A stretch of DNA of 58,933 bases from positions 1 to 58,933 of the IMG/VR virus record IMGVR_UViG_3300028831_000111, one strand, 5' to 3'. The position numbers and the translations under genes are program-made. Below the pieces are notes generated by a model. The model was given only the letters and a program-made list of their open reading frames with translations, searched no databases and was not told where the DNA came from. The stretch is from a virus. This document shows positions 39,268 through 48,681 of the stretch, one piece after another; the stretch's first letter is position 1, and every line of letters starts with the position of its first letter.

Positions 39268-40959
39268 CTACTCTCCCCCAATGACCGCCAGCAGCGTTGC
39301 CGCCTCCTCGAACCGGTCGGCGTCGACCAGCGCGAACTGCTGCTGTGCGTATACGAACTCCTGCTCACGCTTCTTGCGCCGAGCGAACTCAGCCGAAATA
39401 GCTTTCCCGATCTCGTCGGCCAGGCCAGCGTACGAGTCCGGGTTCTTGCGCCACTGCTCCGGGATAAGGTCCATCCGGTCCAGCGCCCGCGCCCGCTTCA
39501 TGATGTGGGCCTTGGCCGCCTCCTTGTCCTTGGCCCTTCCGTACGCCTGGATGGCCTTCTCCAGCTCGTCCACACTCCGGATGGGGTACGAGCCATCAGG
39601 CAGGGCGTAGCCCTTGTCAGCGGCCTTCTCGCGGGCCTGCGTGGACAAGCTGCCAGCGGCGACCAGCGACACAGGCCGCCCCGACGCGACGCGGGTCCGA
39701 GTACGGGGGATGCCGAACCCGGGGGTGTTGACGGCCAGGGCGGCGACCAGCTCCAGGTTTCCGCCCACCTCCCGCCAATCCCCGGACAGCGGCGACCGGC
39801 GCAGTTCCGCCACCCGCTCAGCCGTTGCTTCGGGAACCACGGAACCGGCAACCCAGATGCCGTACTGGTCTTCACCGGCCCGGACCACCGCGACGCAGGT
39901 ACCGGTGTTGTCGTAGTGCTCGGCAGCGGCGAACGCGCCCGCGCTCAGCCCGGCGTGGCCGGTGCCGAGGGTGATTCGACCGACCGGCAGCAACTCGCCG
40001 GAGGCTGTCTCGACGCTGCCGGTGTGGAAGTACGCGTAGTCGGTGCCGGATGGCGGGGCCTGCACGCACTCGTTGGTGAAGCCGATGTGGCACGAGGACC
40101 AGTCGGCGAGATGCCCGAAGACGCGACCGTCGGCGTCCACGGTGAGCGGGGTCGGCCCGGACAGCTCCGGGTCAGAGAACCACTCGTCGGGCGGGGAGAC
40201 CCGGGTTGCGGCTGCCACCAGCGCTTCCTCCCATGCCTTCTTCTCCTGAACGCGGGGGGCGGCGAGCCGCCACGAGTCGATGACCGCGAAAGACCCGTCC
40301 TCGTACACGACGGAAGCCTTCTCCTCGTCGGCGTTGACGAGGTAGGCGTCCACGTCTTCTTCGCCCTGTTCGGCTGCCTCAACGAGGACAGCGTCCCCCG
40401 TCTTGAAGATCAGCTTCCCGTCCGTCCAGATGGACGCGGTCAGCACCTCAACCTCTTCGTCGGACAGCTCCAGGCCATGCGCCTCCGCGAACGCCGGGAT
40501 CTGCACCAGCGTTGCGGCGGACACCCGGCCTTTCGTCACCAGCGCCAGGGACGGACCTGCGTCGTCGTGGTTGACGCCGGAGCCGCACCCGCAGTCTTCG
40601 CCAGCCTTCGCCAGCTCTTCGGCGTCTTCGGTGGACAGTGCAACCCGTTCCATCTCGGCATCGTCTAGATCCACGGAAGGGCCGATGACCTTGTTGGTCA
40701 GCAGGGTCTGCGCCTCGGTGACCTCCGGGGTCACCTCAGGGTCCATGAAGTCGCCTTCACCCCAGATGCCATCGTCAGTGAAGTCGATCTTCAGGATGCG
40801 GCCGACCACCACGGCACCGGAGTGCCCCTGCACGTCGGCCCGCTGGAACCGCAACGGCATGGGCAGGTCACGGCTGGACAGCGCGCCAGCAGCGAACATG
40901 CGCCCGTCACCGGTGGGCTTGCCGATCGGGGCGAGCAGCCCGCGCCACGTCTTCGCCAT
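39268..40959 (-). CDS. Prohead (capsid maturation) serine protease, HK97-type, with a C-terminal extension
   Basis: N-terminus GDGRMFAAGAL...PMPLRFQRADVQGHSGAVVVGRI is typical of S78 proteases. C-terminal YALPDGSYPIRSVDELEKAIQAYGRAK is the actinophage extension. Confidence 0.7.
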   Translation of the reverse strand: MAKTWRGLLAPIGKPTGDGRMFAAGALSSRDLPMPLRFQRADVQGHSGAVVVGRILKIDFTDDGIWGEGDFMDPEVTPEVTEAQTLLTNKVIGPSVDLDDAEMERVALSTEDAEELAKAGEDCGCGSGVNHDDAGPSLALVTKGRVSAATLVQIPAFAEAHGLELSDEEVEVLTASIWTDGKLIFKTGDAVLVEAAEQGEEDVDAYLVNADEEKASVVYEDGSFAVIDSWRLAAPRVQEKKAWEEALVAAATRVSPPDEWFSDPELSGPTPLTVDADGRVFGHLADWSSCHIGFTNECVQAPPSGTDYAYFHTGSVETASGELLPVGRITLGTGHAGLSAGAFAAAEHYDNTGTCVAVVRAGEDQYGIWVAGSVVPEATAERVAELRRSPLSGDWREVGGNLELVAALAVNTPGFGIPRTRTRVASGRPVSLVAAGSLSTQAREKAADKGYALPDGSYPIRSVDELEKAIQAYGRAKDKEAAKAHIMKRARALDRMDLIPEQWRKNPDSYAGLADEIGKAISAEFARRKKREQEFVYAQQQFALVDADRFEEAATLLAVIGGE

Positions 40960-40999
40960 GACCTAACTCCTACGACTCGTCTTGCAGATCAGGGTACGG

Positions 41000-41248
41000 C
41001 TAAACCCGCTCCGGCCAATGCCACGTGCCGCCACGCTTCTCCGTCTCGTCGTGCGGAACGGACTTGTTGAAGAAGAGCCCCTCCGGGTTGAGCACGCACA
41101 GCCCGACCGGCTGCTCACCCAGGTTGAATACGCCGCTGGGAACCTCGGTAACAATCGCTGCCCGGCACACACTGGGATACTCCCCACCCGGGGTGCCGTA
41201 CGAGACGTAATGCACGATCCTGGCCACGCTGACCGGCTGATCACTCAT
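41000..41248 (-). CDS. Hypothetical protein (82 aa)
   Basis: ATG/TGA overlap. Sequence ARIVHYVSYGTPGGEYPSVCRAAIVTEV. Confidence 0.65.
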   Translation of the reverse strand: MSDQPVSVARIVHYVSYGTPGGEYPSVCRAAIVTEVPSGVFNLGEQPVGLCVLNPEGLFFNKSVPHDETEKRGGTWHWPERV

Positions 41249-41424
41249 TCGGCGAAATCCTGTTCTTCCTGCTCCGCATAGGCGGGCTCGTATACAACTT
41301 CTTTCGGGGTGTCGTTGCCGCCCATCGAATCCGGCAACTTGACGTCCGACAGGTGCACATCGCTGATCCGGTGTGCGGCCCTGGCCCGCTCCGCCGCCTT
41401 ACTGGACTTGTTCTTGTCAGCCAC
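41245..41424 (-). CDS. Small acidic protein directly downstream of the toxin domain (candidate immunity/chaperone)
   Basis: GTG at 41424 overlaps the end of the 1464-aa gene. 59 aa, ends ...EPAYAEQEEQDFAE. Confidence 0.45.
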   Translation of the reverse strand: MADKNKSSKAAERARAAHRISDVHLSDVKLPDSMGGNDTPKEVVYEPAYAEQEEQDFAE

Positions 41425-44400
41425 CGCCGTTGACCCCCCCGTTGATGATCTCCACGTCGAGACGCCGCGCGCCATCGACTACCCCTCGGTCGCGCACCAC
41501 GCGATACCGGGCTCCACGGTCCAGCAACACCTCATACTCGAACTCGTCGCCGGAGATCTCGATTGCCCCGAACCCCTTCGGGGTAAAGATGTTCATCACG
41601 ACGCGGTCTTTGGAAATGTCGTAGCCGTATTGCCCTGGCTTCATTTCCCCAACATGGCGCAACGATGAAGGGATATCCGCGAAGGTGTCCGCGATGCCAT
41701 CGTTGGTGGTGGTGGACGAGTAGCCGTGCTCTGTCCACTCCAGCCCGGTCAGGTCCGTGTTTCCGTTGTTCCAGATCGTTGTACCGAACACGGTGCTCGG
41801 CTTCGTGAAGCCGCGCTTCGTCTGGACGTCGTTCTTCAGCCCGGACTGCTTCATGGCCGCGTCGAGTGCCTTGACGCGCTTGGCTTCGTAGCCAGTCCAG
41901 CCGGATGTGTCGCCCTTGCGGGTGCGGAGGCCATTGTTGATATCGACGTATCCGGCACCCTTGTAATCGTTCGCGGCCAGATACATTTCCGGGCCACTAA
42001 TGTCCGGGGTGTCGAATTTCGTCCAGGCGTCGAAGTGCCCCGCGCCGGGCTTGTTCTGCTCCGGATGGGTGGCGAGCGAAAGCGACATCGGCGGGGACTG
42101 CAACGCCTCGGAGTCCTGCTTCGCCTTCTGGATCTTCTTCAGGTATTCGCCGAAGTCCTTCGAGGGCTTCGTCTTCGCCGGGGCGGTAACGCTGGACAGC
42201 GCCTGCTCGTGCTTCTTCTGGGCAACCGTCTTTGGCTTGAAGCCTTTGGCGGTGTCCTGTCCGGTCAGGGCAACCAGCGTTGCTTTCGCGGCGTTCTTGT
42301 TGGCGTTGTTGTAGCCCTGCGAACCGAAGTCGGCGTGGTATTCGGAGCTGCTGTCAGCCGACTTCGAATACAGCATGTTGGCAAGGTCGTTGACGATCTG
42401 CTTCTGCGTCGTGGCCGGAAGCGACTCGAACTCGTCCTTCGACATCGCCCGGTACGACTGCAGGCGCGCGTGCGGGTTGCCGTTGCCGATCGTCTGCGCG
42501 GTGTTGTACCCGGCCTCGGCCGCCGGGGAGACGAATTTCTTCGCCTTCGCCGGGGTCGCCGTCGGCGTCTTCGGCTGGAAGTCGGTCAGCGGTTCCGCCC
42601 CGGTCAGGTGGGTGCGCAGCGCCTCCGCCCGCGTGGCCTGTGTGGGCGTGAAGAAGCTCTTCTTGCTGCCGACGTGCACGTTGTCCAGGTCAGCAACGAC
42701 CGCTGCCTGAATCTCCACAGGCAGGCTTTCGAACTTCTCCTTCGACAGCCCGCTGTAGACGTCAAGGCGCTCTTCGACATCGCCGTTGACGATCATCTTC
42801 GAGACTGTGGAAGCGGTCGTTCCGTTCGGGTACGTGTTGACCGTGACCGTGGTCTTCGCGGCCTGCCAGTCGTTGAACGAGTTGTCGGGGTTCTTCTTCG
42901 GCGCAATCGCCGGGTTGATGACGCTGGGCGCGGTGCCGTGGTCGGGGGTGTTGAGGTCTGGCGCGGCTGGAGCGGCGGGGGGCTTGACGCTGGGCTTCTT
43001 ATCGAAGAACTTCGCGTTCAGCTCGTCGGCAAGATCCTTATCCGACTTCAGACCCGTCCCCTGCAGGTCCTTGATCGCCTTCTTCAGGGCAGCGACATGC
43101 GCCGTGGGGGAGCCGGTCAGCTCATCCTTCGACATCTTCACGGCCGCTGCCGCGATCTCATCGAAGTCGCCCGACTGGACGGCCTTACCCAAGTTGACCT
43201 GGTTGTCAGTGCCGTGCAGCCCGGTCGAACCGAGCTTCGCAGCAACCTGCGCGGCGTGCTGACGTTGCGCAGCGGGCAGGGTCGGGTTCGCGGCGATGGC
43301 CTTGAGCTTGTCGGCGATGGCCGCCTTACTGCTCGCGCTCATCCCATCGAAGTCGTTCTTCGACAGGCCCTCGTACGCGCCAACGATCTGCGCGTACGAG
43401 TACTTGTGCGAGTTAGAGGTGACCTCCAGGGCGTGTTCCTGCGCCGCCTTCGACGTCCCACCGACCTTGCCGACGGTGGCGGGGTTGACGGAGCTGGTCG
43501 GCTTCGCGTGAGCGTCGATGCCCTGCGGAGTGTCGAGATCGGCCTTCTTGACGTTCGGCACCGTGGGGTGCGGGGTTGGCTCCGGCGCGGCGAGAGCGTC
43601 CGTCGTCCCGGCTTGTCCCAGCTTCGCCCACGCTGCGTCGACCTTCTTCTGTTCGGCGGGGGACAGGGTGGAGGACTGCAGCCCGATCAGGTCGTCAACG
43701 AGGTTGGACGTGTCCTGCTCGTTGAGGCTGTCGACGTCGGCCTGACTCAGCTCCCCGTAGGCTTCGATGCGCTCCGACTTGGTGAAGTTCTGCGGGGCGA
43801 AGGCCATGTTCGCGGCGGCGTTCGCCGGGTCGGTGGGGGTCTTCTCCTTCGCTTTGGGCGCGGTCGATGCCGACGGCTTGTCGCTTTCGTTGAGCTTCCC
43901 GTCTCCGTCGCCGTCTTTCGGTCCGCTCTTCGGGGCCTCGGGGGTGCTGAGGTTCGGTGCGTTCTTCGAGTCCTTATCAGAGAACTTGCCGCCACCCTCG
44001 GGAGAGATCCAGTACTTCGCGGTGGCGGACCCGCCGTTAAGGAACTCCCCGTTGGAGTCGTGCAGGCTCAAGCTCACGGTGCCCTTGGCCCCGCCGTAGT
44101 AGGCGTTCTTCTCCGCTACCACCGTCGCCAGGATCGGCTGATCACCCGGCTTGGCTTTCGGCCCGAAGTCGGTTTGCCCTTCACCGGAGTGGGTGTGCAG
44201 CCAGACCTTGTCGCCCGGCTTCAGCCCCGCCGCCTTCAAGGTCAGCTTCTCCGCGTCGGCTTTCGGCGGTGCCTCACCCTCCTTCGGAGCTGCCGACGGC
44301 TTGCCGCGCAGCCGGGCCTTGAGAGCGCCAACCCCCTTCACGGTGGAACCGTCAAGGAAGTAGTCGACATTCTTCTTGAGTCCGTCGGGGAGGTTGTCGT

Positions 44401-45811
44401 ACTCCTGCGGGAAAAGATCCTGCAGCGCGGCCAGCTTCACCTCAGGGTCTTTCGTCAGGGTGGTGTGCTGCAGTTCGCCACCCGACGGGAACAGTCCCTC
44501 CACCTTGCTGACGGCCTCGGACTTCTTCGGCGCTTCGAAGGCTTTCTTCGTCTTCGCGGCAACGTCGGCCAGCTTCTTTTCAGTGGCGGGCTTGAGCGGC
44601 GGCTGGTCGGGGTTGGTGTCGACCGGGCCGGGCTTCGGCTCGATCGACTTGATGGGCTTCGTCAGGTGTTTCGGGATCTTCTTCCCGGCCTCCTGCAGAG
44701 CCTTGATCTTGGATTTGCGCTTCTCCTCCAGCTTCTGAATGCGCACCTTCTCCAGCGCGTCGTACGCACCCGGGGCAACCTTCTTCAGGGTGTGCTTCCA
44801 GCCTTTACACGGGCCAGGGTGCAGCGGGTTGCGGCAGAAGGTGGTGCTGCACGTCGCGTGCAACTTCCAGTCGTTGGTGATCCAGGCGGAGGCGAGCAGC
44901 GAGGCGAAGTCCGGCTCAATGTTCAGCGCGGAGGCGAGCAGGACCGGCGCGGTCACGGCCTTGCCCGGGGTTACGGTCGCGGCGGTCAACCCCTTGAACC
45001 CCCTGTTCGAGTAATCAACGCTCTCGCCCTTCTCAACGAGCAGCATGGTGCAGCGGCAGTTGATCACTTCTTCAGGCGGCCCGGATGGATCACCCGGGAA
45101 CAGCATAGGGACTCCGGGCAGTGCATTCGCCTCATCTGCGCCGACGGCGAAGTGCGCCGAGTACGGGACTCGCTGCCCGTCGGTGAGGTTGTGCGTGTGC
45201 CGGGTCCGGCTGTCGTCGGTGGCGAGCCAGATCTTTTCGTACTCGTCCTCAGGAAACATGCCGACGATGGCTGAGAAGGCGTCGTTCGCACCGCCGTTGT
45301 ACGCGCCGATCGTCTCGGTCCGCGCGACCGTCACGGCGCGGTTCTTCCAGTACGGTGCCCCGGCGTCGAGCAGCTCCGTTTTGATCTGCGCGGCGATCTC
45401 GGGAATGGAACGACCTTCAGCGGTGCCGCCAGAAACAACGTCTTTGATCTTGGCGTAGACCTCGTCGGGAGTACGGACGAGCCGGTTACGGGACTCGGCA
45501 ATGTATCGGTGGACGAACGGCCGGTTGGAAAACTCGAACCGGCTGCCCATAACGAACTCGTACGCCTTACCGAGAGCCCACAGAATCGCGTTCTGCAGGA
45601 AGGCGTCAAGGCGGTCGTTCCACATCGTTGAAGCCGCGTAGACCCCGAGAGGGTCGATGCCGGTAGCGGTGAGGACCGCGCCGAACGCCGTGTCGAGCCA
45701 GTCCCGGACCATCGACGTGTACGCGCTGAAGATCTTCTTCTCGATCTCGATGAACACGCCGACCCGAGCCAGCTTCTCCGGCAGCCAGCGGTCTTCCATC
45801 AGGTCAGGCAA
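41417..45811 (-). CDS. MuF-like head morphogenesis protein fused to a repeat linker and a C-terminal ADP-ribosyltransferase domain
   Basis: MuF blocks (VARTETIGAYNGG, WLATDDSRTRHTHNLTDGQ). At least 4 repeats of the form Y.GLSK..F(D/E)S(L/M). The C-terminus has the R-S-ExE triad (YKGAGYVDINNGLR, GYSSTT, EFEYEVLL). Confidence 0.8.
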   Translation of the reverse strand: MPDLMEDRWLPEKLARVGVFIEIEKKIFSAYTSMVRDWLDTAFGAVLTATGIDPLGVYAASTMWNDRLDAFLQNAILWALGKAYEFVMGSRFEFSNRPFVHRYIAESRNRLVRTPDEVYAKIKDVVSGGTAEGRSIPEIAAQIKTELLDAGAPYWKNRAVTVARTETIGAYNGGANDAFSAIVGMFPEDEYEKIWLATDDSRTRHTHNLTDGQRVPYSAHFAVGADEANALPGVPMLFPGDPSGPPEEVINCRCTMLLVEKGESVDYSNRGFKGLTAATVTPGKAVTAPVLLASALNIEPDFASLLASAWITNDWKLHATCSTTFCRNPLHPGPCKGWKHTLKKVAPGAYDALEKVRIQKLEEKRKSKIKALQEAGKKIPKHLTKPIKSIEPKPGPVDTNPDQPPLKPATEKKLADVAAKTKKAFEAPKKSEAVSKVEGLFPSGGELQHTTLTKDPEVKLAALQDLFPQEYDNLPDGLKKNVDYFLDGSTVKGVGALKARLRGKPSAAPKEGEAPPKADAEKLTLKAAGLKPGDKVWLHTHSGEGQTDFGPKAKPGDQPILATVVAEKNAYYGGAKGTVSLSLHDSNGEFLNGGSATAKYWISPEGGGKFSDKDSKNAPNLSTPEAPKSGPKDGDGDGKLNESDKPSASTAPKAKEKTPTDPANAAANMAFAPQNFTKSERIEAYGELSQADVDSLNEQDTSNLVDDLIGLQSSTLSPAEQKKVDAAWAKLGQAGTTDALAAPEPTPHPTVPNVKKADLDTPQGIDAHAKPTSSVNPATVGKVGGTSKAAQEHALEVTSNSHKYSYAQIVGAYEGLSKNDFDGMSASSKAAIADKLKAIAANPTLPAAQRQHAAQVAAKLGSTGLHGTDNQVNLGKAVQSGDFDEIAAAAVKMSKDELTGSPTAHVAALKKAIKDLQGTGLKSDKDLADELNAKFFDKKPSVKPPAAPAAPDLNTPDHGTAPSVINPAIAPKKNPDNSFNDWQAAKTTVTVNTYPNGTTASTVSKMIVNGDVEERLDVYSGLSKEKFESLPVEIQAAVVADLDNVHVGSKKSFFTPTQATRAEALRTHLTGAEPLTDFQPKTPTATPAKAKKFVSPAAEAGYNTAQTIGNGNPHARLQSYRAMSKDEFESLPATTQKQIVNDLANMLYSKSADSSSEYHADFGSQGYNNANKNAAKATLVALTGQDTAKGFKPKTVAQKKHEQALSSVTAPAKTKPSKDFGEYLKKIQKAKQDSEALQSPPMSLSLATHPEQNKPGAGHFDAWTKFDTPDISGPEMYLAANDYKGAGYVDINNGLRTRKGDTSGWTGYEAKRVKALDAAMKQSGLKNDVQTKRGFTKPSTVFGTTIWNNGNTDLTGLEWTEHGYSSTTTNDGIADTFADIPSSLRHVGEMKPGQYGYDISKDRVVMNIFTPKGFGAIEISGDEFEYEVLLDRGARYRVVRDRGVVDGARRLDVEIINGGVNGGG

Positions 45812-47672
45812 GGCTCAGCCCCCGCGTGAGGAACGTGCGCAGCAGCTCCTTCTCATGCGGGTATCCCCTGGTCAGCAGCTCCACGCAGTACGTCCGGAGA
45901 CCCTCTTCCAGGACCGGGGCGGGCAGGCCCACCTCTTCGGCCATGTCCCCGACGTACGCGAACGCGCCTTCGAGCAGCTTCGCGGCGTGCGCCTTGTCGA
46001 GAACCTTCAACCGGGTGTGCAGCAGGTGGGGCTCAACGCCTTCGGCGGTGCCCTGTACGCGCGCCTGGCGGGTCAGCAGACGCTTCCCGGCCAGTTCCAT
46101 AGCGCGGTGCACGACCATGTCTGAGCCGACCATCAGCGCGGCCTGTACCGTCTGGCCGCCTGTAGCGGCCTGTGCGGGCGTGGTCGTGTCGGTGGGTGCG
46201 GCGGGAAGGGAACGGTCTCCCGTGTCCGCTGTGGAGTCCACAGGAGCCTGTCCGGGCGGCTGCGCGTCGGTGGGCGCCTGCGCCGCGCCAGGGGCCGCGC
46301 CGGTGTCGGCGAGCATCTCCGGCGGCAGGCCCAAGATCTTCTTAATGGTCGCGTCGGTGAGCAGGTTCTGGTTCAGCTTCACCAGGTCCGTCACCAGACG
46401 GCGGATGCGCTCCTCATCGTCGGGTGCGTCATCCTCAGTGAACCCGGATGCTTCACGGCGAGTCTCATCGGAGATGAGCCCTTCCGCGTGCAGGTCTTTC
46501 GCTGGCTGCTCAAGGTCCGGCTTCTTGGTCAACGGCGTCGTGTCATACCAGAAGACGTACTTCTCGGGGTCTTTGCCGAGCAGCTTCAGCGCGGGCGCTA
46601 GGTAGGCGCTGGTGAGGGCATCACAGATCCGGCTGAGGAGAGGCACGATGTGGATCTTGATGGCGGACTCTTCGATCTGCCATGCGCTCCAGTGGTTCGT
46701 GTCGCCCTGACCCAACATCACCTCCGGCGGAACGTCCAGCGACGTAGCCAGCCGGATGACCGCCTTCTCCTTCATCTCGTACGCCTGCTGGGCAAGCGGC
46801 GTGTCGAAGGTGACGTGCTTGACCTTGTCAACGAACTCGCCCGGCACGGTGGCGATCACCGGCACCAGCGCGGAGGCGTCTTCCCGGTTCTGCAGGGAGG
46901 CAGCCATCGCCCGGCCGATAACTTGCATGAGTCCACTGGCGTTGTCGGGGTCTTCCGGCTCCCGGGGGAAGTCCACCTCTTCGGGCAGCAGGAGCAGGCC
47001 AGCACCGGCGAGGCGGGAGTCCATCTGCGCGAAGCTGTACTTCGTCAGGTGCTCAATCTCCCGGAGGATCGGCAGGGCGGCCCGCACCGGGGAGTCGGCG
47101 GAGTCATACCGGCGCGGGTGCGGGGTCCACACCCGGATCAGCAGGTCTTCGCCTTCCTTCAGCTCCCGGGTGCCGCCGCCAAACACGTTCGACCGTTTGA
47201 CCTTGACGGTGTCACCCTGCCGGGAAATCTCCGACGTCGACACGATGTACCAGACGTCTTCGCTGGCCTTGTCGACGCTCTCCGCGCAGATGTATGCCTC
47301 ACCAGGAACGGTCAGGTTGATGCCCAGAGAACGCAGGGCCTCGGCCTTGCCGCCGGGTCCGCCGAACATCGATTCGGCCAGGGCCTGGATGTCCTCTTCG
47401 GTGACCTCTTCCCCGGCGATGCCCTTGTTGTCGACCTCGGCGACGTAGATCCGGCAACGGGAGATGGCGTTGCCGATCCAGTTCGCGACGTAGCGCAGTT
47501 CCCCGCAGATGTCGAAGTGTCGCCACCCTTCGGCCTGCCAGCGCTGGTCGCCAAGCTTGAAGTCTCGCCAGCCGGACCCGTCAAGGTTGATCTTCGTTGC
47601 TGCGGCAACGACCGCCCTGACCTTCGGGGCGGGCAGGATCTCGGCGGTCCCGGCCTTCTTGAACAGGGGCAC
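45804..47672 (-). CDS. Portal protein
   Basis: GTG at 47672 lies 5 nt after GGAGGA. 622 aa, immediately upstream of the MuF gene. Confidence 0.75.
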   Translation of the reverse strand: MPLFKKAGTAEILPAPKVRAVVAAATKINLDGSGWRDFKLGDQRWQAEGWRHFDICGELRYVANWIGNAISRCRIYVAEVDNKGIAGEEVTEEDIQALAESMFGGPGGKAEALRSLGINLTVPGEAYICAESVDKASEDVWYIVSTSEISRQGDTVKVKRSNVFGGGTRELKEGEDLLIRVWTPHPRRYDSADSPVRAALPILREIEHLTKYSFAQMDSRLAGAGLLLLPEEVDFPREPEDPDNASGLMQVIGRAMAASLQNREDASALVPVIATVPGEFVDKVKHVTFDTPLAQQAYEMKEKAVIRLATSLDVPPEVMLGQGDTNHWSAWQIEESAIKIHIVPLLSRICDALTSAYLAPALKLLGKDPEKYVFWYDTTPLTKKPDLEQPAKDLHAEGLISDETRREASGFTEDDAPDDEERIRRLVTDLVKLNQNLLTDATIKKILGLPPEMLADTGAAPGAAQAPTDAQPPGQAPVDSTADTGDRSLPAAPTDTTTPAQAATGGQTVQAALMVGSDMVVHRAMELAGKRLLTRQARVQGTAEGVEPHLLHTRLKVLDKAHAAKLLEGAFAYVGDMAEEVGLPAPVLEEGLRTYCVELLTRGYPHEKELLRTFLTRGLSLA

Positions 47673-47674
47673 GT

Positions 47675-47965
47675 TCAGTCCTCCAACCGCGAGCCGAGGC
47701 CAGTCAGGTGCGAGAAGGCAAGCGCCAGGGCGGGGATGAAGAACCACGGCTCCCGACCCCACAGCACAGCTATCACGGCGGCGGGCGCGGCGATCCAGAT
47801 GGAGCAGCACCAGCGGCAGGTGATTCCGTAGCCGAGCAGGGAGTCTTCAGGGAGCTTCGCCAGGACCCAGATCCGGGGACGTTCGAGGATCTTGTCTTCG
47901 GCGACCAGCCTTGTCACGCGGGCAACCGCCAGCGCGTACACGAGGTATAGGAGAGCTGTCGCCAC
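47675..47965 (-). CDS. DUF1360-like membrane protein
   Basis: LAVARVTRLVAEDKIL plus multiple TM helices. Confidence 0.55.
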   Translation of the reverse strand: MATALLYLVYALAVARVTRLVAEDKILERPRIWVLAKLPEDSLLGYGITCRWCCSIWIAAPAAVIAVLWGREPWFFIPALALAFSHLTGLGSRLED

Positions 47966-48020
47966 GTCAAGAGCGTAGCGACAAGTAGGTCAACTTAGCG
48001 CGACCATGCCGAGAAACGAC

Positions 48021-48059
48021 GAAAGGCCCGACCGGTTGCCTAGACCAGTCGGGCCTTTC
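48021..48059 (-). terminator. Rho-independent terminator
   Basis: 12-bp stem gaaaggcccgac / gtcgggcctttc, followed on the minus strand by GTCGTTTCT. Confidence 0.65.
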
Positions 48060-48094
48060 CTTTCATCCCGCCTACGCCATAGGAGGCAGGGAGG

Positions 48095-48167
48095 TAGGTC
48101 CAGAGGGACTCGAACCCTCGACACGGTGGTTAAGAGCCACCCGCTCTTGCCGCTGAGCTATGGACCT
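48095..48167 (-). tRNA. tRNA-Lys (anticodon CUU)
   Basis: Clean cloverleaf: AGGTCCA TA GCTC AGCGGCAA GAGC G GGTGG CTCTTAA CCACC GTGTC GAGGG TTCGAGT CCCTC TGGACCT A. Confidence 0.85.
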
Positions 48168-48171
48168 CTAT

Positions 48172-48218
48172 GAAGAGGCCCCACCCCGGGGATCGCCAAG
48201 CCGGGGCGGGGCCTCTTC
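48172..48218 (-). terminator. Long GC-rich hairpin between the two tRNAs
   Basis: gaagaggcccc(a)ccccgg ... ccgggg(c)ggggcctcttc: 17 paired positions with one mismatch. Confidence 0.5.
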
Positions 48219-48352
48219 TTCCCCTTCAGTAAAGCTCTCAGACCTCCGTCGCAATCCGCTTCCACTTTGCGTGAATGCGGCGGGTGTCGGGGTTGTCGCC
48301 GTGCTTGGCTGAGAACTCCAGCCAGATCTCTTCGTATGTCTTGCGTTTCACG

Positions 48353-48426
48353 TGGCGGGACCTGGATTTGAACCAGGGACCTTCGGGTTATGAGCCCGAC
48401 GCGCTACCGTGCTGCGCCATCCCGCT
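48353..48426 (-). tRNA. tRNA-Met (CAU) with initiator-like features
   Basis: AGCGGGA TG GCGC AGCACGGTA GCGC G TCGGG CTCATAA CCCGA AGGTC CCTGG TTCAAAT CCAGG TCCCGCC A. Positions 1:72 are unpaired (A/C). Three G:C pairs close the anticodon stem. Confidence 0.8.
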
Positions 48427-48435
48427 GCCTGGAGC

Positions 48436-48624
48436 TTATGCGGCTTCGCGCATGGAGTACGGCAGGGCTTCGACGTCGACCGGGGCGCTCTCGGAAAGGC
48501 TCCCCGTGCCGATGATCTCTACGTCTTCCGCGCCCTGCCGGATGAGCCGGGCGCGCTCAGCTACCGCTGCGTCGTGGTCTTCGTACGCCTTGTGGAGCTT
48601 CAGAGCAATGCGGACCTCCCACAT
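48436..48624 (-). CDS. Hypothetical protein (62 aa)
   Basis: ATG at 48624 after AGGGAGG. The promoter/operator lies immediately upstream. Confidence 0.6.
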   Translation of the reverse strand: MWEVRIALKLHKAYEDHDAAVAERARLIRQGAEDVEIIGTGSLSESAPVDVEALPYSMREAA

Positions 48625-48652
48625 GTCGAGCCACCTCCCTTTGTATGACCTA

Positions 48653-48681
48653 ACTATACAACGGATCGCCCGGTTCGTCAA
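48653..48681 (-). promoter_or_regulatory. Promoter TTGACG-N17-TATAGT with TTGTAT-N9-ATACAA operator (48641-48661)
   Basis: Minus strand reads TTGACGaaccgggcgatccgttgTATAGTtaggtcatacaaagggaggtggctcgacATG. Confidence 0.6.

Noticed and set aside
41726-45274. Very long plus-strand ORF (1182 aa) and similar long antisense ORFs (28383..30473, 17560..18846, 25393..26517, 12616..13647, 6098..7324, 55560..56819).
   Set aside because: They lie opposite genes with clear domain signatures (MuF/ART, capsid, tape measure, ParB-like). They are Arg/Gly/Pro/Leu-rich with no motifs. This is what stop-codon-poor antisense frames look like in high-GC DNA.
48240-48351. 37-codon minus-strand ORF (GTG-KRKTYEEIWLEFSAKHGDNPDTRRIHAKWKRIATEV) between the two tRNAs.
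   Set aside because: Its start abuts the 3' end of tRNA-Met with no room for an RBS, and there is no supporting signal. It is too short to judge by composition.
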